A stretch of DNA of 19,449 bases from Candidatus Woesearchaeota archaeon (lineage in GTDB: Archaea > Nanobdellota > Nanobdellia > Nanobdellales > CAZNIQ01). The translations under genes were made by a program, and so were the position numbers. The stretch spans positions 1 to 19,449 of the forward strand of contig CAZNIQ010000012.1 of NCBI GenBank assembly GCA_964573185.1, read 5' to 3'. Below are positions 6,576 through 14,316 of the stretch, piece by piece (the first letter of the stretch is position 1; every line of letters begins with the position of its first letter). The notes beneath the pieces were generated by a model. That model was not told the origin of the DNA, made no database searches, and saw only the letters and a list, made by a program, of their open reading frames with translations.

Positions 6576-7127
6576 ATGTTTAACTTTAGTAGTTTATTTA
6601 AAAAGAAAAAGCAAGAACAGAGACAAGAGAATGTAAGTTTTGAGTCAGCATCATTAGATTTTGAAGATATAAAGAAAATGATTGAAGAACCGAAATTTGA
6701 TTTCTCAAAACAAGAATCACTACCTTTACCATTTGAACAACCACAAATGCAAACTCAAGAATTACCTATTCCCAAACAACAGACAGCAGAATTGCCATTC
6801 CAACCTTCTAAACCAGAAATGCCAAAGCAGGAGCTTAAAACAGAAGCTATTATGGAAAAGCCAATAGTAAAGGAACCAAAAATCGAAAAGGAGACATTTG
6901 TTGAAAAAAGAGAGAAACCTGAGTTCTTTATAAAAATTGATAAATATGAAGAAGTATTAGCTATATTGAACTCTATGACCTTAAAAATAAAGGAACTAGA
7001 AAATGTTTTAGCAAAGCTAGAAGAAATTAAAAAGGAGGAAGAACAGAGGTTAGAAGAATGGAGAAAAAGAATAGAAGAAGTAAGAGAAAAAATTAATAAA
7101 GTTATAGAAGATTTAAAAGGAGAATAG
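6576..7127 (+). CDS. Hypothetical protein: basic N-terminus, Pro/Gln-rich linker, C-terminal coiled coil
   Basis: ATG start. It begins MFNFSSLFKKKK, has a repetitive ELP(I/F)-type P/Q-rich middle, and a C-terminal FFIKIDKYEEVL followed by a heptad-like K/E helix. The TAG stop (7125-7127) shares its G with tRNA-Gly +1. Confidence 0.5.
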   Translation: MFNFSSLFKKKKQEQRQENVSFESASLDFEDIKKMIEEPKFDFSKQESLPLPFEQPQMQTQELPIPKQQTAELPFQPSKPEMPKQELKTEAIMEKPIVKEPKIEKETFVEKREKPEFFIKIDKYEEVLAILNSMTLKIKELENVLAKLEEIKKEEEQRLEEWRKRIEEVREKINKVIEDLKGE

Positions 7128-7197
7128 CGGCGGTAGTCTAGCGGTAGGATGCGGGCCTGCCACGCCCGTGACCCGGGTTCGAATCCCGGCCGCCGCA
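7127..7197 (+). tRNA. tRNA-Gly (anticodon GCC), no encoded CCA
   Basis: Manual cloverleaf: GCGGCGG-UA-GUCU-AGCGGUA-GGAU-G-CGGGC-CUGCCAC-GCCCG-UGAC-CCGGG-UUCGAAU-CCCGG-CCGCCGC-A. Confidence 0.95.
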
Positions 7198-7201
7198 TAA
7201 A

Positions 7202-7591
7202 ATGACTTTATATGTAAGAATTCCAAATTATATAGAAATTAAGAGAAATCTATTGGAGATAAAGAAGGATATTTATTTGACATTAAAAGAAACGCTAGAC
7301 ATAGTAAAAGAAAGAGAAAAAAGAAAAAGACTAATACTAGAGGCTTATACTAAAATTAGAGAAATAGAAAATGATTTGAGAAAACTAAAGGAAGTGCTAC
7401 CAAAAGAAGAAATAAAGAAGATAAAAGGAATTGAAGAAATAGAGAAAAAAGTAAAAGAAGAGGAAAAGAAAATAGAAGAAGAAATAAAGAAAGAAGAAGT
7501 AAAAATAATAAAAGAAGAAGAAAAAGACGAGTTAAAGATGATTGAAGAGGAGTTAAAGAAAATAGAAGAAGAACTTAAGTCTCTCTTATAA
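7202..7591 (+). CDS. Hypothetical Lys/Glu-rich coiled-coil protein
   Basis: The ATG lies 4 nt after the tRNA-Gly discriminator. The N-terminus LYVRIPNYIEI is followed by a long K/E-rich helix. It shows weak similarity to the C-terminal part of ORF 6576..7127. Confidence 0.5.
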   Translation: MTLYVRIPNYIEIKRNLLEIKKDIYLTLKETLDIVKEREKRKRLILEAYTKIREIENDLRKLKEVLPKEEIKKIKGIEEIEKKVKEEEKKIEEEIKKEEVKIIKEEEKDELKMIEEELKKIEEELKSLL

Positions 7592-8531
7592 ATTCTTTTC
7601 CATTAATAATTATCTTATTTTTTACATAAGTTATTTGCATAAAGTCTTTAGCAATAAAAGCAGGCTTAAATGATATTTCATTTAGAAGTTCCTCCGGATT
7701 TTTATATCTTTGGCTAAAATGTGTTAAAATCAGAATCCGAGATTTACTTTCTTTTGCTATATTTTCAGCATCCTCTGTTGTCATATGATAATGTTCTTTA
7801 GCAATTTCTTTATCTTTTTTAGAATATGTTGCTTCAGAAATTAAAATATCGCTTTCTTTTGCCAGTTCTATAAGATTCTTCTTAAAAACTGTATCTGTAA
7901 TGTAAGTAACCTTAAACCCTCTTTTTATATAAGTTGCCTCTTCTGGAGTAATCTTTTTGCCTTTCCAAACAATTGTTTCTCCTCTTTGAAGTTTTCCTAG
8001 AATAGGATGAGGTGTTGGTATTCCTAAAGATCTTACATAGTCTACTTTTATTTTCCTTTTATCTTTTTCTTTAAAAGCGTATGAAATTACTGGAACAGTA
8101 TGTTCTCCAAAAGTATAATAAATCTCGAATTCTTTTTCATCTATTAATTTTTTAATCTCATAAGTTTCTTTTAATTCAATAATTTCTATCGGAAAATTAA
8201 TAGGAATTTCATAAATATCAATTAAAGCATTGATTTTATCTTTAATTCCTTCAGGTCCATAAATATGTAATCTTTTCTTGTACTCTGAATTTGCTAAGGA
8301 AAACAATATTCCGGGTAAACCCAAAACATGATCTCCATGCCAATGTGTTATAAATATTCTTGTAATTTTTGTTATTGATATCCCTGCAATTCTAAATTGT
8401 CTTTGAATATTTTCACCACAGTCAAAAAGCAGTCCTTCATTCATAAATTCCAAGAAAACACCAGGATGATTTCTATCTTTGGTAGGAAAAGTAGCAGAAG
8501 TTCCTAAGAACGTGATCCTAACCCTAAACAT
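7575..8531 (-). CDS. rnz: Ribonuclease Z (tRNA 3' endonuclease, metallo-beta-lactamase fold)
   Basis: It has an ITFLGTSATFPTKDRN N-terminus, the HxHxDH motif (THWHGDH) and a C-terminal LTHFSQRY. Confidence 0.9.
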   Translation of the reverse strand: MFRVRITFLGTSATFPTKDRNHPGVFLEFMNEGLLFDCGENIQRQFRIAGISITKITRIFITHWHGDHVLGLPGILFSLANSEYKKRLHIYGPEGIKDKINALIDIYEIPINFPIEIIELKETYEIKKLIDEKEFEIYYTFGEHTVPVISYAFKEKDKRKIKVDYVRSLGIPTPHPILGKLQRGETIVWKGKKITPEEATYIKRGFKVTYITDTVFKKNLIELAKESDILISEATYSKKDKEIAKEHYHMTTEDAENIAKESKSRILILTHFSQRYKNPEELLNEISFKPAFIAKDFMQITYVKNKIIINGKEFIRET

Positions 8532-8534
8532 TCT

Positions 8535-9653
8535 TTAAACTTTCCAATCAATTTTAAATTCCTTTTCAAAGATGAAATAACCTATTAATACTGTAATTAC
8601 TATTAAAAGCCATATAGGCGCATATACAAAATAGTATAAAGTAAAATACAATATATTAAATTTCATATTGAATTTTCTAGCAAAGTAATAATAAATTGCA
8701 GCTGTTATTGTATATGCTAGTATTACTAATACAATATTTTTCAAAAAATTTGCTATTTCTATTAAAGGTATAAGGATATAAATAATTGGAGTTAGTTTTA
8801 CGGATAATAGAAATAAGGCTAATGAAGATATTTTTAGCCATATGGCTTGGGGGATTAGAAAAAAGATAAGAAAAGACAATACAGCAGGATTGTATATTAA
8901 CATAAATATGAGAATTGACAAATCTTTCTTATGTTTTAAGAAGTTTTTAATCAAGTGTTTCCAGTAGAACTTTAGATATTCTGCAAAACCATAAGCCCAT
9001 CGTTTTCTTTGGTCAACCCATCTTTTAAAAGACTCTAATGGCTCAATCCATATTTTTAAATTTAGAAATGTTGCTTTTTTATTATTTAATGCTAATCTTG
9101 TTGCAAATTCAACATCCTCAATTATAAATTTTCCAAAACCTCCTAACTTTAAAAACAAATCTTTTTTAACAGCAACAAAAGCACCATTTATTGTATAAAG
9201 CTTTTGAAGATATTTGGCTGAAAGATATTGAAAAATATTCATACCAAGATATTCATAATACATTATTTTTCCGAAAAGGTTAGAAGGGATGAGCTCTTTA
9301 ACTATATCAAGATAATCGTATTTTTCTAAAGCAGAAATTATCTTTTTCAGAAAATCTCTATTACTTGGCAAGAATACGTCTGCGTCTATAAATAAAAGAT
9401 ATTTGCCTTTTGCCGTTTTTGCCGCTTCATTACAGCTTTTTCTTTTACCATACCTTTCCGGATTTACAAAAATTCTTACGTTTGCGTATTTACTCAATTT
9501 TTTAATTAATTCTTCCCAATCTTTATTTAAAAAAGGTTCTAACCTTAATATAACTTCCTTTTCGCCTTCATAACTAAGGATAGTTTTAACCATATTTTCT
9601 ATATGTTTTGGGTCCTCATTTGGAGGATAAATGGGAATAATGATAGAGATCAT
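8535..9653 (-). CDS. Family 2 glycosyltransferase with processive-synthase signature and C-terminal TM bundle
   Basis: A GT-A start (MISIIIPIY) is followed by DxD (FIDADVF), an ED motif (IIEDVEFATRL), QRKRW (a QxxRW motif, nt 8997-9011) and ~4-5 predicted C-terminal TM helices. Confidence 0.8.
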   Translation of the reverse strand: MISIIIPIYPPNEDPKHIENMVKTILSYEGEKEVILRLEPFLNKDWEELIKKLSKYANVRIFVNPERYGKRKSCNEAAKTAKGKYLLFIDADVFLPSNRDFLKKIISALEKYDYLDIVKELIPSNLFGKIMYYEYLGMNIFQYLSAKYLQKLYTINGAFVAVKKDLFLKLGGFGKFIIEDVEFATRLALNNKKATFLNLKIWIEPLESFKRWVDQRKRWAYGFAEYLKFYWKHLIKNFLKHKKDLSILIFMLIYNPAVLSFLIFFLIPQAIWLKISSLALFLLSVKLTPIIYILIPLIEIANFLKNIVLVILAYTITAAIYYYFARKFNMKFNILYFTLYYFVYAPIWLLIVITVLIGYFIFEKEFKIDWKV

Positions 9654-10495
9654 AGGTTTAATATTGAAGTAACAAAATTTCTAATAGTTTCATTTATTGT
9701 CTTTATCTCTTTAAACTCAAACGCCACCTCGTAAAATACTGGTTGCTGTATACTATAAAATAATATAAAAACTGGAATAAAGGATAAAAAGAAACTAAGT
9801 TGCAAATGATTCTTAAATTCTATGTTTGTTCTTGTATTTTTAAATAGATATAAGGAGGTAATAGATGTAATAAACATCGATATTAAGAAAATATAGAGTA
9901 TCTGATTATATTCAAGTAGGGGAAGAGAGAGTAACAAAAATATACATGAAACAATAATATAAACAACGGATCTAAGGAACTCAAACTTATGTGATGCATA
10001 TAAACTGACATACTGGAAGCTATAAGTTAAAACTGCAGATACATGTTCTATTATAGAATCCAGTTTCATTAAGATATATCCGAAAAATAATATTTGAGCA
10101 AATTGGAGAAAACCCAAAGTAAGTTCCCTGATTGGCTTTATCTTTATATAGCTTCTTAGAATGCCAAATAAAACTATTAATGTACTTAAAATAGCAATTT
10201 TTGGATTGATTAACCAAAGGAAGATTAAAGGAATAATAAAATGTAAAACCCCTAAACAAAATAGTTGCTTTTCTTTTAACTCAAGTTTATATTCTATTAT
10301 AAATTTGCGTTTTAAGTCTTCTTTTCTATCAATTAGATCATTGAAAAAATAAACGGAAAGGTATTGAAAGTAATGAATTATGAATATTATAAAAGCTTGA
10401 AGAGAAAAGGTTAAGGCTAGAGAAGATGCAATGGCAAAATTTAATAATTTCTTCGGAAAATTTCCTATTAAATATCTTAAATATGTTTTTATCAT
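9650..10495 (-). CDS. Polytopic membrane protein, UbiA prenyltransferase-like
   Basis: It is hydrophobic throughout, with ~8 helices. It has a first UbiA-type motif NDLIDRKED (NxxxDxxxD) after helix 2 (nt 10316-10342). I could not find a second Asp-rich motif. An ATGA overlap joins it to the GT2 gene. Confidence 0.4.
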   Translation of the reverse strand: MIKTYLRYLIGNFPKKLLNFAIASSLALTFSLQAFIIFIIHYFQYLSVYFFNDLIDRKEDLKRKFIIEYKLELKEKQLFCLGVLHFIIPLIFLWLINPKIAILSTLIVLFGILRSYIKIKPIRELTLGFLQFAQILFFGYILMKLDSIIEHVSAVLTYSFQYVSLYASHKFEFLRSVVYIIVSCIFLLLSLPLLEYNQILYIFLISMFITSITSLYLFKNTRTNIEFKNHLQLSFFLSFIPVFILFYSIQQPVFYEVAFEFKEIKTINETIRNFVTSILNL

Positions 10496-10528
10496 AATTC
10501 TCTTTAATTTTTAGAAGGATTAAAAAAT

Positions 10529-10579
10529 GTGATGAGCGTCACCTCTGCTGATAAATGATGTAGTTCAGGTACCGGCTGA
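10529..10579 (+). ncRNA. Box C/D guide sRNA
   Basis: Read: GUGAUGA (C) -12 nt GCGUCACCUCUG- CUGA (D') -UAA- AUGAUGU (C') -14 nt AGUUCAGGUACCGG- CUGA (D). It sits in the 117-nt intergenic region upstream of proS, and its guides are GC-rich. Confidence 0.75.
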
Positions 10580-10612
10580 AAACTTTAAATGATATTTCAT
10601 TATCTCTTTCTT

Positions 10613-12241
10613 ATGAATTTCTCAGAATGGTATGCAAAAGTAGTTAGAGAAGCTGATATTATTGATGATAGATATCCTGTTAAAGGAATGCCTGTTTACA
10701 AACCTTACGGCTTTAAGCTTGTTAAGAATATTTTACAAAAGTTATCAGAATTTTTAGATAAAGAAGGTTTTGAAGAGGCGTGGTTCCCTGTCGTAATTCC
10801 ATATGAGATTTTTAAAAAAGAAAGTGAACATATAAGAGGTTTTGAGGAAGAAGTTTTTTGGGTTATGAAAAGTGAAGAGGAAAAATTAATTTTAAGACCT
10901 ACTTCTGAAACAGAAATGTATTACATGTTCTCCTTATGGATACAATCGTACCAAGACCTTCCTTTAAAGTTATATATGAATAATACTGTTTATCGTGCAG
11001 AAACTAAAGCTACAAAACCCTTAATTAGAGGTAGAGAAATTCTTTGGAACGAAGCTCATACTGCTCATAGAAATCTTATTGATGCTGAAAAAATGATTAA
11101 AAAAGCAATAGAAATCTATTCTAAAGTTTTTTGGGATATAAATCATGTTCCACACATATGGGTAATTAGACCGGAATGGGATAAGTTTGCAGGAGCAGAA
11201 ATAACTTATGCAGCAGATACAGTATTACCCGATGGGCGATTCTTACAAATAGGAACCGTTCATCTCTTAGGTCAAAAGTTTGCAAGGGCATTTGAAATTA
11301 AGTTCCAAGATTCTCATCCATTTGTTCAAACTTTAGATAAAAATATATTTATAGCTAAGACTAAAGATGGAAAAGAAATAAAGTTTGAGATAAAGGATGA
11401 TAAAATTTATGTTAAATTTGAAGGAAAAGAGCTTATTTTTGATAAAGAATTTGAAGGTGAAATATCTGAAGAAAATGAAAAATTAATTGAAAATCTATAT
11501 AAAATAATAGAGAAACTAGGGTTGAAAAAAGAAGATTTGGACGTTTGGAAATATGTCTGGCAGACATCTTTTGGAATATCTATGAGATTTGCCGCAGCGG
11601 TAATATCAATACTCGGTGATGATCTCGGTTTAGTTTTACCTTTCGAGACAGCACCTATTCAGATAGTTATTGTTCCCATATGGTATAATGAAGAACAGAA
11701 AGAGAAGGTGCTAAATAAGGCTAAAGAAATTTATGAAATACTTAAAGAAAAATACAGAGTTTATTTGGATGATAGGGAAGATAAAACTCCTGGTTGGAAG
11801 TTCTATTACTGGGAATTCAAAGGAGTGCCTTTAAGAATAGAAATAGGTCCGAAGGATTTAGAAAATAATACTGTTGTTATAGCGGTAAGAATTACTGGTG
11901 AAAGATCCGTGAAATACAAGATAAATATTGATGAACTACTTGTGAAGTTGGAAGAAATAATACGTGAAAGGGAGATGAAGTTGAAAGAAAAAGCGAAGAA
12001 GTACTTTGAAGAAAAAATCGTAAAGGCGGAAACTTTAGATGAATTAAAGAAAGCTGTTGAAGAGGGAAAAGTTGTTAAAGCACCCTTCTGTATGAGAGAA
12101 GAATGTGCAAAGCAATTGAAAGAATATTTACATGTTGAGGTAAGAGGAACTGACTTGAATCCCGAGGAAGCTAAAGGAAAAAGATGTATTTACTGTGGAG
12201 AAGAAGCAAAATATTGGGTTTATATTGGAAAAACTTACTAA
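10613..12241 (+). CDS. proS: Prolyl-tRNA synthetase, archaeal/eukaryotic type, with a catalytic-core insertion
   Basis: MNFSEWY... matches the usual N-terminus, so the ATG at 10613 is preferred over 10589. Class II motifs are present (ILRPTSE, YRAE, QTSFGISMR), as are an anticodon-binding domain and a C-terminal Cys-rich domain ending in Tyr. Confidence 0.9.
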   Translation: MNFSEWYAKVVREADIIDDRYPVKGMPVYKPYGFKLVKNILQKLSEFLDKEGFEEAWFPVVIPYEIFKKESEHIRGFEEEVFWVMKSEEEKLILRPTSETEMYYMFSLWIQSYQDLPLKLYMNNTVYRAETKATKPLIRGREILWNEAHTAHRNLIDAEKMIKKAIEIYSKVFWDINHVPHIWVIRPEWDKFAGAEITYAADTVLPDGRFLQIGTVHLLGQKFARAFEIKFQDSHPFVQTLDKNIFIAKTKDGKEIKFEIKDDKIYVKFEGKELIFDKEFEGEISEENEKLIENLYKIIEKLGLKKEDLDVWKYVWQTSFGISMRFAAAVISILGDDLGLVLPFETAPIQIVIVPIWYNEEQKEKVLNKAKEIYEILKEKYRVYLDDREDKTPGWKFYYWEFKGVPLRIEIGPKDLENNTVVIAVRITGERSVKYKINIDELLVKLEEIIREREMKLKEKAKKYFEEKIVKAETLDELKKAVEEGKVVKAPFCMREECAKQLKEYLHVEVRGTDLNPEEAKGKRCIYCGEEAKYWVYIGKTY

Positions 12242-12603
12242 CGTATTTTTCTAATCTCTATTTTCTTTATTTTATTACCAAAAAGTCTTCTTATTTCCTC
12301 TTCAAGAACCCTTTGATCTAAAGATTTTCCAGAACACCAGACGACATCAACATCTAAATAATATTCCTTTTTCTCATCATCAAAATATGTGCTTATAGCA
12401 ACATGGGAAGTGGACAAAACTGTAACTAATGTGTAATTATCATTTGGAAATCTAACAAAAGTATAAGATAAATTTTCTGAATCCAAAAGATCTGCAAGCA
12501 AATCAGCTAACTGATTTATATCTGTTACGGAAATCCTAGAAGAAAGATAAATCCCAATAATAACCTGTTGAATATCTTTCGGACTTATATATTTATATTT
12601 CAC
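12238..12603 (-). CDS. S-adenosylmethionine decarboxylase-like (SpeH-type pyruvoyl proenzyme fold), divergent
   Basis: At 121 aa the size is right. IIGIYLSS aligns to the SpeH LDLYGC region, VLSTSHVAISTYFD to LSESHLSIHTWPE, and DVDVVWCSG to DVFTCG. It has a GTG start and no internal Met. Confidence 0.5.
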   Translation of the reverse strand: MKYKYISPKDIQQVIIGIYLSSRISVTDINQLADLLADLLDSENLSYTFVRFPNDNYTLVTVLSTSHVAISTYFDDEKKEYYLDVDVVWCSGKSLDQRVLEEEIRRLFGNKIKKIEIRKIR

Positions 12604-12667
12604 ATCCTCTTAAATAATAATACTTAAGATAAAGATTTTTTAATACTAGAAAGATATAACAAAGAAA

Positions 12668-13804
12668 ATGCTGTATTTGTTGAGGCCCGGAGAGTATACT
12701 ATTAAGACACCTCATATTAGAAAGCAAATGGAAGAAAGATTAATTAAAAATCTAAGAGATCTTTTTAATAAAAATGATGTTCCTTTGTATAATATTTATA
12801 TAGAGCCTGGAAGGATTTTTATCGAGTCCACTGAAAAAGCTAAAGAAATATTAAAATTCCTATATGGAATAAAATCTTTCAGTCCTGTACATAAAATTGA
12901 ATTCAAAGATATAGAAGATTTATCTATTAAATCTTATGAATTTTTTAAAGATAAAGTCAAAGATAAAGAATTTGCAGTTAGAGTTCACAGAAAGGGTAAA
13001 CATAGCTTTACCTCTTTAGATGTGGCAAGAAAAGTTGGAGAATTGTTGTTAAATGATGCTAAGAAAGTTAATTTAGAGAATCCAGAAGTAGAATGTTTTA
13101 TTGAAATCAGAGATAATGTGGCCTATCTTTTTACAGAGATAATTGAAGGTCCGGGTGGTTTACCTGTTGGAGTTGAGGGTAGAGCTTTAGCTTTATATTC
13201 TTCAGGTTTTGATTCTATTGCTGCCTCCTATTTAATGCTAAAAAGAGGTTTCGAATTGGACTTCTTATTTTTCGATAAAGGAGATAAAGAATTATTAGAT
13301 AATGTTATAGAAAGTTTAAAATTTATGAAAAAATATTTTTTACAAGGATATCAACCCATTTTATATGTAGTTAAATATAAAGATACTCTTAGTTTTATAG
13401 CCAAAGAAGCTAAGGAATACACATGTATCCTTTGTAAAAGAACTATGTTAAAAGTAGCTGAAAGAATTGTAAGATTAAAAGGGTACCTTGGGATTATTAC
13501 TGGAGATTCTTTGGGGCAAGTTGCTTCTCAAACAGGAAAAAATTTATTCATAATTTCTGAAGGAATAAAAGTTCCAGTTTATAGACCTCTAATAGGCTTC
13601 GATAAAGATGAAAGTATTAAAATAGTAACTAAAGTGGGAATGTTCGATTTTGCCAAAAAAGAAAGTAAAAAGGTTTGTCCTTTTTTACCTAAAGAAGTTG
13701 TTGCAAGAGGAAAACTAGAGGTTGCAAGGGAAATAGAAAATAGAATTAATTTAAATAAAATTGTGAATAAACTTTTAAAAAACATAGAAATAATAAGAAT
13801 ATGA
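12668..13804 (+). CDS. thiI: tRNA 4-thiouridine synthase ThiI (THUMP + PP-loop, no rhodanese domain)
   Basis: It has an N-terminal ferredoxin-like/THUMP region, the PP-loop ALYSSGFDSIAASYLM, the GDSLGQVASQT motif and Cys candidates CILC and CPF. Confidence 0.85.
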   Translation: MLYLLRPGEYTIKTPHIRKQMEERLIKNLRDLFNKNDVPLYNIYIEPGRIFIESTEKAKEILKFLYGIKSFSPVHKIEFKDIEDLSIKSYEFFKDKVKDKEFAVRVHRKGKHSFTSLDVARKVGELLLNDAKKVNLENPEVECFIEIRDNVAYLFTEIIEGPGGLPVGVEGRALALYSSGFDSIAASYLMLKRGFELDFLFFDKGDKELLDNVIESLKFMKKYFLQGYQPILYVVKYKDTLSFIAKEAKEYTCILCKRTMLKVAERIVRLKGYLGIITGDSLGQVASQTGKNLFIISEGIKVPVYRPLIGFDKDESIKIVTKVGMFDFAKKESKKVCPFLPKEVVARGKLEVAREIENRINLNKIVNKLLKNIEIIRI

Positions 13805-14316
13805 GAGGAGATTTCAAAAAAACTTATACCCCTTGGGGAATTAAAGATAAAAAAGAAGTTTCAGATTTTCTTTTGTTTCTAAATAAAATTGAAGAAATAC
13901 AAATGTTTTTACCTGAAGATGGAGATCAAGGAATAAAATTGATTAAAGTTGGAATGTTCAATATAGTTACTGCTTTTTATAAAGAAAATGTGTTAAAATT
14001 ATTTGAAAAACTTGCAGAAAAACTAGAAAAAATGGCTTTAGATAAAGAAAATAAAATAAAATTAACAGGCTTTAAGGATTTTTCGAAAGCTAATGAAGAA
14101 GTAAAAAAGCTAAATTTATTAAGAATTAGGATAAGAGAAGCAGAAGCTTTATTATATAAAATTATAGATAAACTTGAAGAAAAATATCTTGTACTTGCAA
14201 GGTTCTTGAATGCAGCTTCAAAATATCTATTTTATTATACTATTGAAAAGTATGATTTACCCGAATGGGTTCCGGAAGAAAAAATAAAAGAGCTTAGGGA
14301 AGTTCTTGAAAAATGA
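13801..14316 (+). CDS. Hypothetical helical protein
   Basis: ATGA overlaps occur at both ends (with thiI and with the endonuclease IV-like gene), which argues for real translation. It is K/E/L-rich and helical, with no recognised motif. Confidence 0.5.
   Translation: MRGDFKKTYTPWGIKDKKEVSDFLLFLNKIEEIQMFLPEDGDQGIKLIKVGMFNIVTAFYKENVLKLFEKLAEKLEKMALDKENKIKLTGFKDFSKANEEVKKLNLLRIRIREAEALLYKIIDKLEEKYLVLARFLNAASKYLFYYTIEKYDLPEWVPEEKIKELREVLEK

Noticed and set aside
6443-7197. The two tRNA genes as markers of an integrated element or genomic island
   Set aside because: No integrase, transposase, phage gene or duplicated tRNA 3' segment occurs within the window. The flanking genes are core housekeeping functions with uniform composition.
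6755-7198. 147-aa minus-strand ORF starting MRRPGFEPGSRAWQARILPLDYRRY
   Set aside because: Its N-terminus is the antisense translation of tRNA-Gly. The rest is antisense to the better-supported plus-strand ORF 6576..7127. This is a classic artefact.
7380-7570. Repetitive gaagaa/aaagaa stretches as a tandem repeat or CRISPR-like array
   Set aside because: This is in-frame Lys/Glu-rich coding low complexity (EEEKKIEEEIKKEE...). It has no fixed-length repeat-spacer periodicity.
10589-10612. Upstream ATG (10589) as the proS start, TTG 18278 as the methyltransferase start, and TTG 15107 as the antiporter start
   Set aside because: The extensions (MIFHYLFL, MFFIIY, MGKT) precede N-termini that match family consensus (MNFSEWY, MLCPHFGKCGGC, MIEFIIL). 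The downstream ATGs give ATGA overlaps or sensible spacing. They are kept only as alternatives.
11312-11551. Intein or mobile insertion in ProRS
   Set aside because: It is only ~80 aa. It has no Cys/Ser/Thr at the junctions in an intein arrangement, no HN or endonuclease blocks, and its composition matches the host gene. It is treated as an insertion domain.
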